Assembly: GCA_951406725.2 (NCBI GenBank)
Contig: OX597823.1
Span: 22,630,001 to 22,694,000, forward strand
Origin: Octopus vulgaris
Lineage: Eukaryota
DNA: 64,000 nucleotides
Direction of reading: 5' to 3'
Position 1 is the stretch's first letter. Every line of letters starts with the position of its first letter. A program made the position numbers and the translations under genes. Below are positions 23,326 to 37,288 of this stretch, piece by piece. A model generated the notes under the pieces. That model made no database searches. It was not told the DNA's origin and saw nothing but the letters and a program-made list of their open reading frames with translations.

Positions 23326-26201
23326 TTTTTTTTTTTTTTCACTTTGATTTAATTGTTTCTCTTTTAGTTCAATTATTTCAGGCACTAGCCTTGTAATATA
23401 CCCCAAACAGAAGTTAACATCTCCAGCGTTTAGAAAGCAAGGAAAAGGGATTGCACTTGCTGCACCTTAATAATAAAAAAAATTCTACTGCTATCCACCA
23501 GGCGAACAATTGCAAGGGGTTATTATAAATAGAGCCTTCACTGATGCAATGTCTTAGAATCGGCCACTCATGGTAACATTTTATGCACACTTTCCAATTG
23601 CACGATAAGTCGTGTGGATATAAAATATTATGTCGGCGACAAACTGCTAATCCGAGTTAAAGAAACACTTATACCATTACTTCTTCAGTGGGAAAACATT
23701 CAGAGATATGTCAACATAATTATTACGGTAATAGCCAAATCCACGGAATGAAATATTAGAAAGTGAGGATAAACTACCAAATAACAAACGTCCTGAAACA
23801 CGATTTATAATAATTGCTTGTAATTTAATTATGTTTCAAACACAAACTCACGAATCGTATCTTGTTTTGTTTAGTTTTTCAGCTTGTGTTCCTGGTTGCT
23901 ACGTGTCTGTTATAGTTTATTCATTTACTGGGGACTGTTCTACATTGAAGGGGGTAGATTTAGGTTTTTAGGAAGAAAATTATCCATATGGCATAAAATT
24001 TATCGAATTAAACTTGAACATTATGTCGTGAAATAAATATCATATTGAAATGAGAATGTAACACCAAAAAAACTTCTTTTTTTTAATTGATCTCCCGTCA
24101 TTTAATTATCAGTTCAGTGAATTAGCGTGTACATGGCAGGACTCAGTGTATAACATGGATGCTGCCTTTGAATCATAGACACAATTCATCAGTTGAGGTC
24201 CTACACAGATTCTGTCAACTCATTTCATTCAAAAGGCTGGAGATGATCCAAGGTTATGATGAAACACATGAAAAGAATTCTTTTTAAGTAGGAAGGGAGG
24301 CAATATCCATGACTCTTTACAGAGCCTTCGTCATTGTTGGGAGGAAGAAGTTAAGTGTCTTCAAACGGAAAGCTGGATTAAATACTTCCTTGGTGCCAGG
24401 TGCTGTTGTTAAACTTGGTTACGGGTTAAGTCTACCACCCATGTAGTCCATGGCTGGATTTGACCACAGAAACACAAACATCCAAAACAATTACCACAAG
24501 GCATCCGGTTCAATGTTCTTGCTGTTCCATCAATTCACCGCTTTGGTTTGGTATCTCCATCGATTCTGAATGGATAAAACTTGAGCTTTGAACTCAGGGA
24601 GTCGGAAGAAGAAATACTGTAATGAGTTGCATTCAATGCTCTAAAATTTCTGCGAATTCGCCGAGATATAGCGCAATAACCATTCTTCTATGCTAACTCT
24701 GCCAAGAGCTAAACATTTCCCTTCATTCAAATTTGTGACTGCATATTTATGAAGTTTTCTAAATAGCTACGGAGAGAAAAACAAAATATATTTTAACTTT
24801 AAGACGAAAAGCATTAATTTAATATAAGTTGCTTTCATCGTCCATTAAGGATATTTCTAAAGCACTGATAAACTGTCTCGTTAATTAAAATATTTTAATC
24901 AATGTTACTTTGTATCATCACGGGCATACGCATTGGTTTAGAAATAACAAAGATTAGTTATCTTTATCAGCTACATTTGCAATTTGTTTATAATACTAAT
25001 TATTCTAGCCTAGGAAATTTGAAAAATTAAATAATGAAACCATATTTAAAGATTTATTAGAGGTTTAGAAGGGAAATAACTCTTGTTTACTAATTTTTCT
25101 CTGGCTTACTTCCCTTGTAAATTTAATTGTGTCTCTTTAGCGAAATAAAGTGTCACTTTAGCGTATTACAGCCTTTAACGCTCGAGTACCAAGCGATTAA
25201 GTAAACAAACAGCAGTTTAATATCTAAAATGACTGAAACTGTAGCCCTCCGTTGACAGACGGACATGTATTCTATGTAGAGATATAACTTCGATATTATT
25301 TTAAAGTAAAAAGAATAAAGAACAAAAGAAACACACTGCATAGAGCTATTATCTTTATTTATGGGTTTTAAAAAGACTGCGTGCTTTTATTACTGTTACA
25401 GATATCGATATTCTGTGAACAGGTAGCAAATGTTGAACGAAACGTTTTAGTACTAAATAATATATTACTGAAATACAGTAAGAAGGAATCGAATAGAGAA
25501 GCACATATGTGTTTTCAATAGTCAATGAATATATATTACTTGTGTGTGCGTGTGTTTACATATTGCTTATAGTCGGAGACCGTGTGTTTAAGCAAGCGCA
25601 TAAAGCTAAGCACATATTGATCACTGAAAGTATATACGCACGTTTAATGTTTCACTTCTGTTTTACTATGACTTCCTGCTTCGTATGACTGTGTACTAAA
25701 CTAGTTTGCCGTACATTTACGACCTGGTCACAGAATTTAACACTGCGTATGTTTAATACCTGATAATATGATAACTGCACAATGTAATGTCTATCTTTAT
25801 ATATTGCCATAAAATAATATCGAAGTTTATATCCATCCATCCATCCATCCATACATACATACATACATACATACATACATACATACATACATACATACAT
25901 ACATACATACATACATCCATCCATCCATCCATCCATCCATCCATCCATCCATACATACATACATACATACATACATACATACATACATACATACATACAT
26001 ACATACATACATGTTTACATACATATATGCCTGCGTTCGTAGGTAGTTAGATAGGTTAGTAGGTACGTAGGTAGTAAATAATATATATAATATATATTAT
26101 ATATATATATATATATAATACATACATGCATACGTATATATATGTATATATGTCTGTAAGTATACATATACATAATATAAATAATATATATATATACATA
26201 C

Positions 26202-26247
<46 letters not shown>

Positions 26248-26422
26248 GAATGTATTGTACATACATACGTATATAGACACAAACACACACACACATTCAG
26301 CCGATTTCAAATTTGTAATTATCTGTTGATAAATTCTATAGAAACCTACATCTATAAACGGTTATTAGTTTAAGACTAAAACAATAATTATGTACATACA
26401 CACATACGTACATGTATACATA

Positions 26423-26460
<38 letters not shown>

Positions 26461-26464
<4 letters not shown>

Positions 26465-26967
26465 CAAAATAAGCAACAAGTATATCCAAGGTAGAGTAGT
26501 ACAATTGTTTCATGCTACTGCATTTTATTAAACACTAAGTATTACATCAGTTTTAAAATATCGAGCAATCTTCAGCCACATATAGAATTTTCCAGTTAAA
26601 CGGACAATACACATTCCTATCCCTATTTTATTTGCCAACATTCTTAAGAATGAAATCAACCTCTCTGTCTATATATCTACCCTCTTTATAATGTTGGCAA
26701 ATGAAATAGGGTAAGAATGTGCATTGTCCGTTTAACTGGAAAATTCTATAAGTGGCCGAAGATTGCTCGACATTTTAAAACTGATGTAATACTTACAGTG
26801 TTTAATAAAATGAAGTAGCATGAAACAATTGTACTACTCTACCTTGGATATACTTGTTGCCTATTTTGATTATAATCAACTCATTTGATTTATATGGAAA
26901 ATACCATAAAAAATTCTGGTGCCTTTAACTTAAGTACCATATTCATCTGAATCTAAATTTTGCTGAA

Positions 26968-27029
<62 letters not shown>

Positions 27030-27330
27030 TTCAGCAAAATTTAGATTCAGATGAATATGGTACTTAAGTTAAAGGCACCAGAATTTTTTATGGTATTTTC
27101 CATATAAATCAAATGAGTTGATTATAATCAAAATAGGCAACAAGTATATCCAAGGTAGAGTAGTACAATTGTTTCATGCTACTTCATTTTATTAAACACT
27201 GTAAGTATTACATCAGTTTTAAAATGTCGAGCAATCTTCGGCCACTTATAGAATTTTCCAGTTAAACGGACAATGCACATTCTTACCCTATTTCAATTGC
27301 CAACATTATAAAGAGGGTAGATATATATAT

Positions 27331-27335
<5 letters not shown>
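26461..27335. repeat. Triple inverted-repeat/palindrome complex centred on (TA)n
   Basis: 26670-26970 and 27027-27325 are near-perfect reverse complements around (TA)n; 26461-26641 is a third, more diverged copy. Confidence 0.9.
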
Positions 27336-27381
<46 letters not shown>

Positions 27382-27789
27382 ACAAAGTGTACGTACGCCA
27401 CTATATATATAAAATAAAATACAAAATGGGACAAGAACGCAAAACATCCAGATAGACGATACAAAAAAACAAGGACGGATCATTCGAAGCTTTTTATCTT
27501 CAGTCAAGAACCGGATCATCCTCGCAATTTCGGCTAGCGCAAGAAGCAACAGCAACATCCATGCTCTTCACCAAATCTTTCTCAACGCTTTTGTGCCTGC
27601 TTAGTCTGCGACACCATCATCATGGAGTTATCATTCAATCAGGAAGGAATCGAATCTCTTGGACACGGGAAACACACATGCACACACGCCCGTACACGCG
27701 CACACGCGTCCGCACGCGCGCGCGCGCACACACACACACACACCATACCACTTTTCACCTATTAGACGGTCCCAAACAAATTGAGAAGC

Positions 27790-28150
27790 CACTTAGTGCT
27801 AGGGACTGTGAAGATGGAGTAATTAAAATAAAAAGAATGAATTTACTTTAGATTTGAAAGGGTTCACGTGGTAAGAAAGGGGAAAGCAATGAGATGGAGA
27901 AGAATTCCAAAGTTTGACAGTTTGATGGGAGAAGTTACGATGGTAGAATGACTTCCCTATTCGTGGAAGCACAACAACACTTGGATGAAGATGCTTTGAG
28001 TTCCGGGTCAGGCGAGATGGTACAAAGTGATCTGGATCTAGGAGAGAAAGTTTATCAGAGCACTTCCAGTATAAATAGAATTATAAGCCTTCGCCGTATA
28101 TTGTCGATAGAAAATAGTCTAATATTAGGGCATATAAATCCTTCGTGACG
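27790..28150 (-). mobile_element. CR1/L2-group LINE 3' fragment
   Basis: Minus frame reads KCSDKLSLLDPDHFVPSRLTRNSKHLHPSVVVLPRIGKSFYHRNFSHQTVKLWNSSPSHCFPLSYHVNPFKSKVN, resembling L2/Zenon-type ORF2 C-termini. Confidence 0.65.
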
Positions 28151-28499
28151 GTAAAAAAAAAATGGGCTTCATGTATGTATGTATGTCATTGTTCAATTTT
28201 ATTCCAAGATTTCTTGCTAATAGAGTATGAACCGGTTTCTAACTTGGATCCAAGCCTCCTTCATTGGAATTTCAACTTCAACAACAGTGTATTTTTGTAT
28301 GTATGTATGTATGTATGTATGTATGTATGTATGTATGTATGTATGTACGTTTGTATGAGCATATCTGTATGTTTTATGTATGTATTCTCATGCATATAGC
28401 TGTATATCTAAACATGCTCATATATATTTAAATGATAAACGTCTGGAAAGTTTTACAGATTTTTACAGTTCCATTGATGGATTAGATCTGTAGTCTTCG

Positions 28500-29764
28500 A
28501 ATTAGATTTCTCCTTTCTAGGGATTTGGTACGATATTCAAAGCCATTTTGGATCGATGTTAAGTCTCTGCAGCTTTGTTTTCGCTTTAGGTAGACGCTGT
28601 CTACGTCATTGTTTATGTGAAAATTATGTGTGCTTGTTAGTATTTTTCGGGTTTTCACATCAATGGCTCGGATCTCATCAAGCGTCCAACAGAGCAGCCC
28701 AAGTGTTGGTATGAGTACTGGCACTGCAAAAACATTGTGGGTCACTGTTTTATTGAATGCAGAAAGTTCTGAAGTCCAAATTTTCTTTATTCGGCTAGAA
28801 TATTCTTTAAAGGCACGTGTTTTATTACAGATGCCGTTGTAAGATATGTTTCCATCCACACCTAGATACCTGTAACATTCCTCGTCAGATATACGGAAAA
28901 CAGTCAAATCATTGATAGTAATGTTGCTAGAGTGGTTTCTAGTTTTCCCCCTTTTCCCAACTATACAACAACATTTATCCTGACCAAACTCCAACCCTAC
29001 GTCCTTTGAGAATGCTGCATAAAGTTTCGAGTCATCCACAAAGAAACTGTGTAATTTTGGTATTTCTCTTTCCTTGTGAACCTGTCAGATATCATTCAGA
29101 CTTCCTTAACATGAATGTCAAGGGGTTTACAGAAAGTACAAACAACATCACAGAGAGGCTGACCCTTGGAATATGCCTTCGCGATATTGTACTCTATCGA
29201 TAACACAGTCACTCTTTGTGTTTAATTTCAAGATGCTGGCTCACGGTGACGTCAGGTTAGGTTTGGCTTTGACTATGCTCATCGGAACTTTAGCAAGTTG
29301 AAGGGCTTCTAGCATCCATAAGTGGGGAACAGAGTCAAATGCTTCCTTATAGTCTAGACACATTGAAACTAGGTTCTTCCTATGCTCTCGCACCTCGGGC
29401 ATCTCAGTTTTGTTGATTAACAATTGCTCGGCACATCCCCAGACTCCCTTCTTCCAAACTGCTTGTTCTGCTGTGATGATGTTATTGGTTTCACAATGGT
29501 CCTGGAGGAAGAGGTTTAACCATGATGTATATATCTTATTCATTATGTTCTGGCATGAAATTGGCTGGTAGGTTTTTGCCATGTGAGTGGTTCTGCATTT
29601 GGGTATCAATTTTGTCTCTGCCAGAGATATCTAGTGTGATATACTACTGTATATCGAGAGCTTACTGGTACAGATTGATAAGATATGGTCGATTGAAGGT
29701 TAGCTTCTTGTACCAATATCCAACAATCAAGTCCCTTCTAAGTACTTTTCCATCCTGGAGTTTC
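28500..29764 (-). mobile_element. Decayed R4/Dong-like non-LTR retrotransposon reverse transcriptase
   Basis: Motifs YQPISCQNIMNK, LDYKEAFDSVPH, GIFQG (frameshifted), FVDDSKLY, GLEFGQDKC, FAVPVLIPT, DVKTRKIL; split by stops and frameshifts. Confidence 0.85.
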
Positions 29765-29985
29765 TGGATCACAGGTGCAAGAGCTCTCAGGGAGACTAAG
29801 CGTGACACAGAATGTGACAGGGCTGGCCCTTTGAAATGCAGGCATAATTCATTTTGCCAGCTGAGTGGACTGTAGCAATGTGAAATAAGTGTTTTACTCT
29901 AGGACACAACGCGCCACCGGGAATCGAAATCAAAACTTTAGAATCGTGAACCGAATGCTCTAGCTGCTAAGTCACGCGCCTTCAC
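29765..29985 (-). mobile_element. SINE family C
   Basis: Minus strand TGAAGGCGCGTGACTTAGC...TTCGATTCCCGG...GTGTCCTAGAG...CAGTCCACTCAGCTGGCAAAATG. Confidence 0.8.
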
Positions 29986-30751
29986 TGTATGGAAGACTTA
30001 TTAGCTATTCCAAGCACACAAACTGTTGACGGCGATTAATCATTCATTATACGGTGTCAAAATTTCCATTGCACTTGATCAATGCAACTGATGCAAAGAA
30101 ATAGAGCAAGGAAAAGTTCGACGCGAAATAATAAATGATTAAGGGAAGTTAATTGTTTTTTTGTTTAGAATGGCTAACACGTGTCTTCCACAATATAATT
30201 GCTTTAGTTTAAACATAGCGTTTCAGATCAAATCACTTGGCAGATAAGTACAACACTGATATAAGTACCGATGTGCATAAATACATGCATACATACATAC
30301 ATATATACATACACACACATATATATATGAATATATACATACATACATACATACATACATACATACATACATACATACATACATGCATACATACATACAT
30401 ATATGCATGCATACATACATACATACATACATACATACATACATACATACATACATACATACATACATACATACTCTTTTACTCTGTTACTCGCTTCAGC
30501 CACGCGGCTTCTCTCATGCTGTGGCACCATCGTGGAAAATACTGCGCCCAACATGGGTGATATTAAAGTCACAATTCTTTTTTCATAAGATCTTGTCATG
30601 TTTCTCAGTTTGTCGTCTACGTTTAGTTTGGAATAATAAATTCTCTTAAGTCCATCAACGTTTATATATCTCCTTGGCTTCCTCTTCTCGAATGATAAGC
30701 ATTATTAACGCGTTTTGCTGTAGGCAGCGAGTGATCACGTAAATGATGTTA

Positions 30752-31147
30752 TCTTTATATATAAAAGTAAGGTTGTGTGTCTGTCTCCTACGATTTAGAT
30801 TCCTAACTATTCCCACATTTTGCGGTGCTGTTTAACCAAAACCGGGTATCTTATGGTCGTGATTCATATCGAGCCCTTCTGGATATTAGCGCGCGTCTAC
30901 GATGAGTCTACGATTAAAAAAAAAATTACCATAATTTTTTTCCATTTTAATGCATATTTTCGCTATTATATAAGGGAAGTAACTCTCTAAAAATGTCTAC
31001 AATGAGTCAACGATTTAAAAAAAATTTACCATCATTTTTTTTCCATTTTTAATGCATTTTTTTGCTATTCTTTGGCTATAACTCTCTAAAAATGCTTATA
31101 TAGTTATTTCCCCTACAAACCCGAGCAACGCCGGGCGATACTGCTAG
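30752..31147 (+). mobile_element. Non-autonomous Helitron (same family as 3042-3947)
   Basis: A|TCTTTATATATAAAAG...CCCGAGCAACGCCGGG-CGATACTG-CTAG|T; no TSD; internal ~75-bp duplication (30895-30968 / 30995-31069). Confidence 0.9.
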
Positions 31148-31920
31148 TAACTTATAAAATTTTCCATACCGGTTTCTAAATTGTTTCAAGGTAAACTCGT
31201 TGTTAATACCCTCCTTGATTTTAAGCATGCAGATATGTATGTTGGTTTGTAGTTTATATTTTGCTATTAACAAAGATTCCGTAATTGAACACTTCGTTTA
31301 CTCTGTGTATGCGTGTGCGTGCGCGCGCGCCTGTGTGCCTCTGTGTGTGCGTGTGAGCGTGTATAATTCCATATAGAATGGTAATGCTACCAAATCTCAG
31401 TACACAGATAGGTCGCACGTGAAGCAAACAAGGAAAAGATCCAGAAGTTTACAGTTAGACAGTTCTAAATCTGGCGATGACGATTTTATCACTTGTAACA
31501 TCAGCGCCATGATTATTTGTTACCAACAGCTAAATACGAGAGCAACATGCTTCTATCACTAAATCATTTCACTGATGACAGCGATACGGTGTTAAATCAT
31601 TAATGAACTTAAAAATCAGAAAGAAGTGCAGCTGTTTCGACCCCATTTAAATCTCATCAAGAATGGTTTAATAATAAATATTTCTGGTACATGCACGAAG
31701 TCAGAAAGGGGTAGGTTTAGTGTTTTAACGTCGACCTAAGGGCAAGGTTGGTAATTATTTTATTGTCCTCGATATAGTTTGTACTCATTACATAAATAGA
31801 AGTTACTACATACCATCAACACTTCACAACGAAGGAAAATCTATGTGCTCATTTGATGTGTTAAAAATAGCAGCCACCATCACTTTCTATTGTCTTTTAA
31901 AATATGAGAAATGGATAATA

Positions 31921-32969
31921 CTAGCAAACTTACCCATCTACTATGGATGATAAGAGCAGGATGCAAATCGAGACAATTTAAGTTGTAGTGTACTTATTTT
32001 TATTCATTATATTGGATAGTGCCAAACTATATTGTGTACCTTATTGAACAATATATATATGTAAACATTTACATAACACATTCATGGTGCTATCTTTACA
32101 AAACATCTTTGTAAACAATATTCTCCGTTTGTCCACAACTAAGTTTCAAATTAGCTGGCCGCGTGTGAACATACGAGAGGGCAGAAACACACCGACGCGA
32201 TCCAAAGTCTGGCCCTGAGACTTGTTGGCCGTAAAGGGGAAGGCTGATTTGAGAGGAAACTGCCTGCGTCGTAACTGAAATGGAAACTGATTATCTGAAG
32301 GCATCAGAGGTATCCGAGGTATACACAAAAGTTTGTTAGTGTGAGGACCAGTTGCTATCACTGCTTCGATGACGTGAGAGTTAAGTTCCGTAACAGTGTA
32401 TCCTCTTCTGTTGCAATGTCCATTAGCTGGGTCAAAATTCCGAAGCAACATAATCGGACAACCGTTCTTCAAAGTTATTTTGTGTACTGGTAGTCCTGAT
32501 GGAGAAAAATCTTTTGTTACATTTTAATTAACGTGTAATATAATGCACGCATATCGTGTCATTCACTGTTTTATACATCGTAGTTTGGACTGATCACTGC
32601 GAGAGAAAGTAGGCCTCTCTATTCCTCTTACAAACCTTAACTCCAGATGCCAAATTTGCCTCAATTGGTGGTATTACTTGGGTAGTGGATGGTGGTGGAC
32701 AGGGACAGAGCCAGAAGGAGGAGGTCAAGCATGTCTCTTTAGGAGGGTATAGGCCACCCTATTCCTTCTGCCAATGTTACCTCTGGGTGCCAAAGTTACC
32801 TCAATTGATGGAATTTCTCTGAAAATAGGGTGTGGAGAGGGACTAAACCTATATGTAAACCACCCTGGAGACCCCCCAAACACCCCTACAAAGTTTCATG
32901 CCGATTGGCCCAACCGTTTGGCCGTGACGTGAGTACAGACGGACGGACATTACACTCATTATAGTATGA
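31921..32969 (-). mobile_element. Internally deleted Helitron retaining a PIF1-type helicase fragment
   Basis: Minus strand A|TCATACTATAATG start, CCATAGTAGATGG hairpin then CTAG|T end; contains the helicase fragment at 32146-32505. Confidence 0.85.
32146..32505 (-). pseudogene. Helitron RepHel C-terminal PIF1-like helicase fragment
   Basis: PSGLPVHKITLKNGCPIMLLRNFDP...IPRIPL...FPFQLRRRQFPLKSAF..TANKSQGQTL..VG.FL...FTRGQL matches Helitron helicase motifs. Confidence 0.9.
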
Positions 32970-33484
32970 TAGTGGGAAATATATTGTCTATAAAGAAGGC
33001 GTGACCGCGGAGAGAATGCTTCTGATCAAGGCTCGCTGGAGCACGATTTATCTAGTCTTAAACAACGACAACAATAATGTATATTAAATCATTTAAGATT
33101 GCTTTTTAATGATTCTGCTACTCTATTGCTTTATACTGTCCTATGATTTCTAATTTTAGCATCAAGCTAAAAATTTGGTGGAAAAGCACAATGGAGTGAA
33201 TCGATCCTATTATATGATTGATGCTCTAATTATAATCTCTCTTTCGGGAGGATGGAAGGGTAAAGTCGAGTTTGGTGAAATTTGGACACGGAAATAAAAG
33301 AACTTAATCATAATTCGCTATAATATTTATGTCATCCGGCTCTGTATCATTGATATAATGCATTCAATAATTTCAATTATACATCACTCATATAATTGTG
33401 TATGTATTACCATTGTTTTTCAGTTATTGCTAACAAAGAAGCAAAGCATTATCCCTGGTGCTTAAATATCGATAACACTAATTA

Positions 33485-34337
33485 CGAGGTGGTATCAAAA
33501 AGTTTCCGGACAAGTTATGTTTAATAAAAAAAAAATTATTTACCTAAGTTTTAACATCATCCCCTTCGAAATAATCACCTTGTGCAGCAATACACCGGTC
33601 CCAGCGCTCCTTCCAAATTTTGGAATCGGCCTGGAAATCGTTTTCCGTAAGCAAGCCGAGGACCTTCTGCGATTCGCTGTTGTTCTCGACAATGATGTTA
33701 AAACGGCGACCTTTGAACTGAATTTTCGCCTTGGAGGAAGAGATGAAAGTTCGCAGATTCTAAATCTAGTGAATAGGGCGGGTACAGAAGCGATGCCATG
33801 TTGTTCTTAGCGAGAAACTAACGAGTAAGAAGAGCTCGGTGACAGGGTGCATTGGCATCATAAAGAATCCAATTCTTCGCGCTCCACAGACCCTATCGCT
33901 TTCGCCGAATGTTGTCCCTCAAACACTTCAAAACATCGCAGTAGAACTCTCGTTTGACGGTCGGGCCCTGGGGGACGAATTCGCGATGCACAATTCCGTG
34001 GATGTCAAAAACAACGATTGAGCTGCGGCTCTGTCGTGCGACCATGCCACTCGAAACATTGCATACGACCCTTTTTCTCTTTGCCATAAGCTTGCCGAAG
34101 CATACTCTATGTCTCTGTAGCAAACTTCTCAACTTCCTGTCCATGACAAAAATTGCAGACTACAGTGCACACGTGATCACAAAAGCACAAATTTCACAAT
34201 TTGCGAAGTAAACACAGCAATGTCACTCGGTTCACTCTCATGAACGTCACTGCTAGCTCTTACTGCGTATTCGACTGTGTGTTGCCATCTGTTGGCGCAT
34301 TACAGAACTAGCCCGGGAACTTTTTGTTACCACAAAG
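33485..34337 (-). mobile_element. Mariner (DD34D) transposon, internally deleted
   Basis: TA|CGAGGTGGTATCAAAAAGTTTCCGGAC TIR with partner CCGGGAACTTTTTGTTACCAC...|TA; minus strand VFDIHGIVHREFVPQGPTVKREFYCDVLKCLRDNIRRKR. Confidence 0.9.
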
Positions 34338-35495
34338 TACATATCGAACTTTAAAGAAGTAAAGTATTGTACATTTTTATTGTTCCACTTTTATTTGCAA
34401 AACACACTTTAGCTGGTAATTTTTTTTTTTCGTCTGAAAAACCCACTTGTCTTAGGATCACTACCTAGACATTTGGTAGCTTAAATCAAGAGCGCTAATT
34501 TGAATACATCATTAATTTGTAATCTGGTGAGAAGTTGTGAGTTTCGTAGCAGCTGTCTGCAAATAGTCTCTTCAAATAAATTTTGACATCCGCAAGGCAG
34601 TTAATCTCAATAAAGTACATATTTTTTATTTACCGTCCCAAACAACTATATTAGGATTATTATGTATGTATTTACGTACCTACGTATGTATTAATGTATC
34701 TATGTACGTGCGTTCGTATGTATGTATATTTATGTCTTACGTACGCATGTATCGCGCGCGCCTCTGAGTGTGTGTATGTATGTGTGTGTGTGTGAAACTT
34801 TTTCTAGATTTTTTAAAGAAAAATCGAAACTTAGAAAATGGGGAAATGCGAAAAGAATACAAAAAAAAAAAACATACGGAATAATATTTAAACGTTTATA
34901 CGTTTATAATATCAAAGTAAAATCTAAAGTTATAAATAACGAAATGTTTTCATCGTTTCATTGATATAGTAAACGATCAATATTTTCTGAGGTTTTGCAA
35001 AACTATAATAACTGTAATGATATTGTCGTAACGACATAAGTTAGACTGGCGACTGCAAGTGACAAAGAGGTGAATCTAAATTTGAGAATGGAGACAGAAA
35101 GTAAGAGAGATGGTTGTCGCATTGAAAGGGGACTATAAAGAATGAGCTGTGGGTTTTGAGAAAAAATATCGTTCAACGCGAACAATAGGACCGGCATGAC
35201 AATTAAGATATTTCGAAATTGTAGTCTTTTACAATTTTATATCATCAAAGACGTTGCTTAGAGTTTCGGTTACATATATAGATATACTTACTTTACGATC
35301 AATAAATATATGCATATGTATGTATTTATGCATTACATGTGTATACATACATACATACATATATACATACATACGTACATACATACATACATACATACAT
35401 GCATACGTACATACATACATACATATATACATGCATACATACATACATACACACATACACACACGCACACTCACACACGCATACAACATATACAT

Positions 35496-36800
35496 ACTGA
35501 ACTACAAAGGAAACGTCGCACTGTAAAAGATTATCTATTTCACACACGATATTGAGATTATATAGATTTTATCACATTTCTAGGTAATTTGACAGATGTC
35601 ACTGACCCACAACACCATTCTCATTTGAAATCATAAGGATTGCATGTAGGGTTCGAACACACTCACTTTTCCTGAACATGGCAATGCTCGCGAATGCATC
35701 TTTATGAAAAGTATGATGCAAGCACAAATGGTTGACTTATTGGGTATAAAAGGCACCCAAATTTACCAGCCTCTCATTCGTTTCCTGAATGAAACGAAAT
35801 CAGAAGGAGCAAATCATCGGACGTCTCCACGTTGGTTAACGTCCACAGGTCATTGCTAATGACTTGAACTGCAGTATTCGGACAACTGAGTGGCTGAGCT
35901 AACGATACAATGTCACAAACAGCACGGATGATCGTCCATGCAGTGGCCGACCGAGGGTTACAATGGCATGTCAAGATCTCCACCTGCACCGGCAGCACTT
36001 GCAGGACCGATTCCGGATGGCAACGGAATCAGCTCAGCAAAGAAAAAGGACTCACTACAGACACATTTGTGCAGACAGTTAGCCGCCAGCTGAGATCTTT
36101 CAATGTCTTGTCGACGTCCGGCTAGGGGCCCCATCCTCACAAACTGTCATCGACGGGCACATCTGCAGTGTGCTCAAAAATGTCAGAACTGGCAATCAAC
36201 AGTGGAGGTTTGAAGTCTTCTCTGACGAAAGGCGGTATTGTATTTCTATGACAGATGGCAGAGCTAAGCTTTGGAAAAGAAGGGGTGGACGTCATGCTGA
36301 TGACTGTGTGGTGGACAGAGACTCATAGGGAAGACAGAGCATCATGGAATGGGACGGGATTGCACTCAATCAGAAATTTGGACTGGTGGTCTTCCAAAAC
36401 ATCGGCCAAGGCCGAGACAATAGAGTAACCTCTTCTCACTACATCGACCAAGTGTTGTGGCCTCACATTGTGTCATACTTTGCCCGTCATCGGAATTACG
36501 TGTTGCAACACGATAACGCCCGTGCCCATACTGCCAAGTTGACAACAGACTTCCTCCAAGAGCACACCATCCAGACACTGCCATGGCCCGCCCAAAGAGT
36601 CCAGACTTGAACTCCATAGAACAACTGTCGGATGAAATCCAAAGAAGGCTAAATGACATCCATCCAATGCCGACAACTGCAACACATCTCACTGCAAGTT
36701 TTAACAGAATGTAGGCTGCTATCCCCGTGGCCTTCATCAATCGTTTGATGCATTCAGTGTACAGATGCCTGGCTGTAATCAACGCTAACGAGATACTGTG
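35496..36800 (+). mobile_element. Decayed Tc1-like transposon
   Basis: Fragments VFSDE, YIDQVLWPHI, LQHDNARAH, LPWPAQ-SPDLNSIEQL, RLMHSVYRCLAVI; frameshifted. Ends approximate. Confidence 0.85.
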
Positions 36801-36892
36801 TTCATCACTTCGGATCCAGGACCTCTGTTAATAAATCGGTTTCTATTTAGCATGCGTTCGACGTTTCTTTTGTGGTTTAGTTTATATGTATA

Positions 36893-36949
<57 letters not shown>

Positions 36950-36960
36950 ATGTATGTATG

Positions 36961-37025
<65 letters not shown>

Positions 37026-37029
<4 letters not shown>

Positions 37030-37206
37030 AGAATTCACGAAAAAAACAAAAAACGAAGACAGGTGGTGTAGAAAACAAACAGATGTATTAGTATAACGCT
37101 CGGGAATTGAAAAAGTCTTTTACGTTTCGAGGCTATGCTCTTCCACAGAAAGGAACACAGAAAGAAACAAGGAGAGAAAAAAATGTGGCTGCCGATCGAT
37201 CATGGC

Positions 37207-37209
<3 letters not shown>
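37026..37209 (-). mobile_element. Family H repeat with minimal hammerhead-like motif, copy 2
   Basis: Minus strand CTTT-CTGTGGAA-GAGCATAGCCTC-GAAAC-GTA-AAAG (37115-37154); flanked on both sides by (TA)n. Confidence 0.7.

Positions 37210-37288
<79 letters not shown>

Noticed and set aside
32146-32472. Host PIF1 helicase gene
   Set aside because: The fragment is bounded by Helitron termini and lacks the N-terminal helicase motifs.
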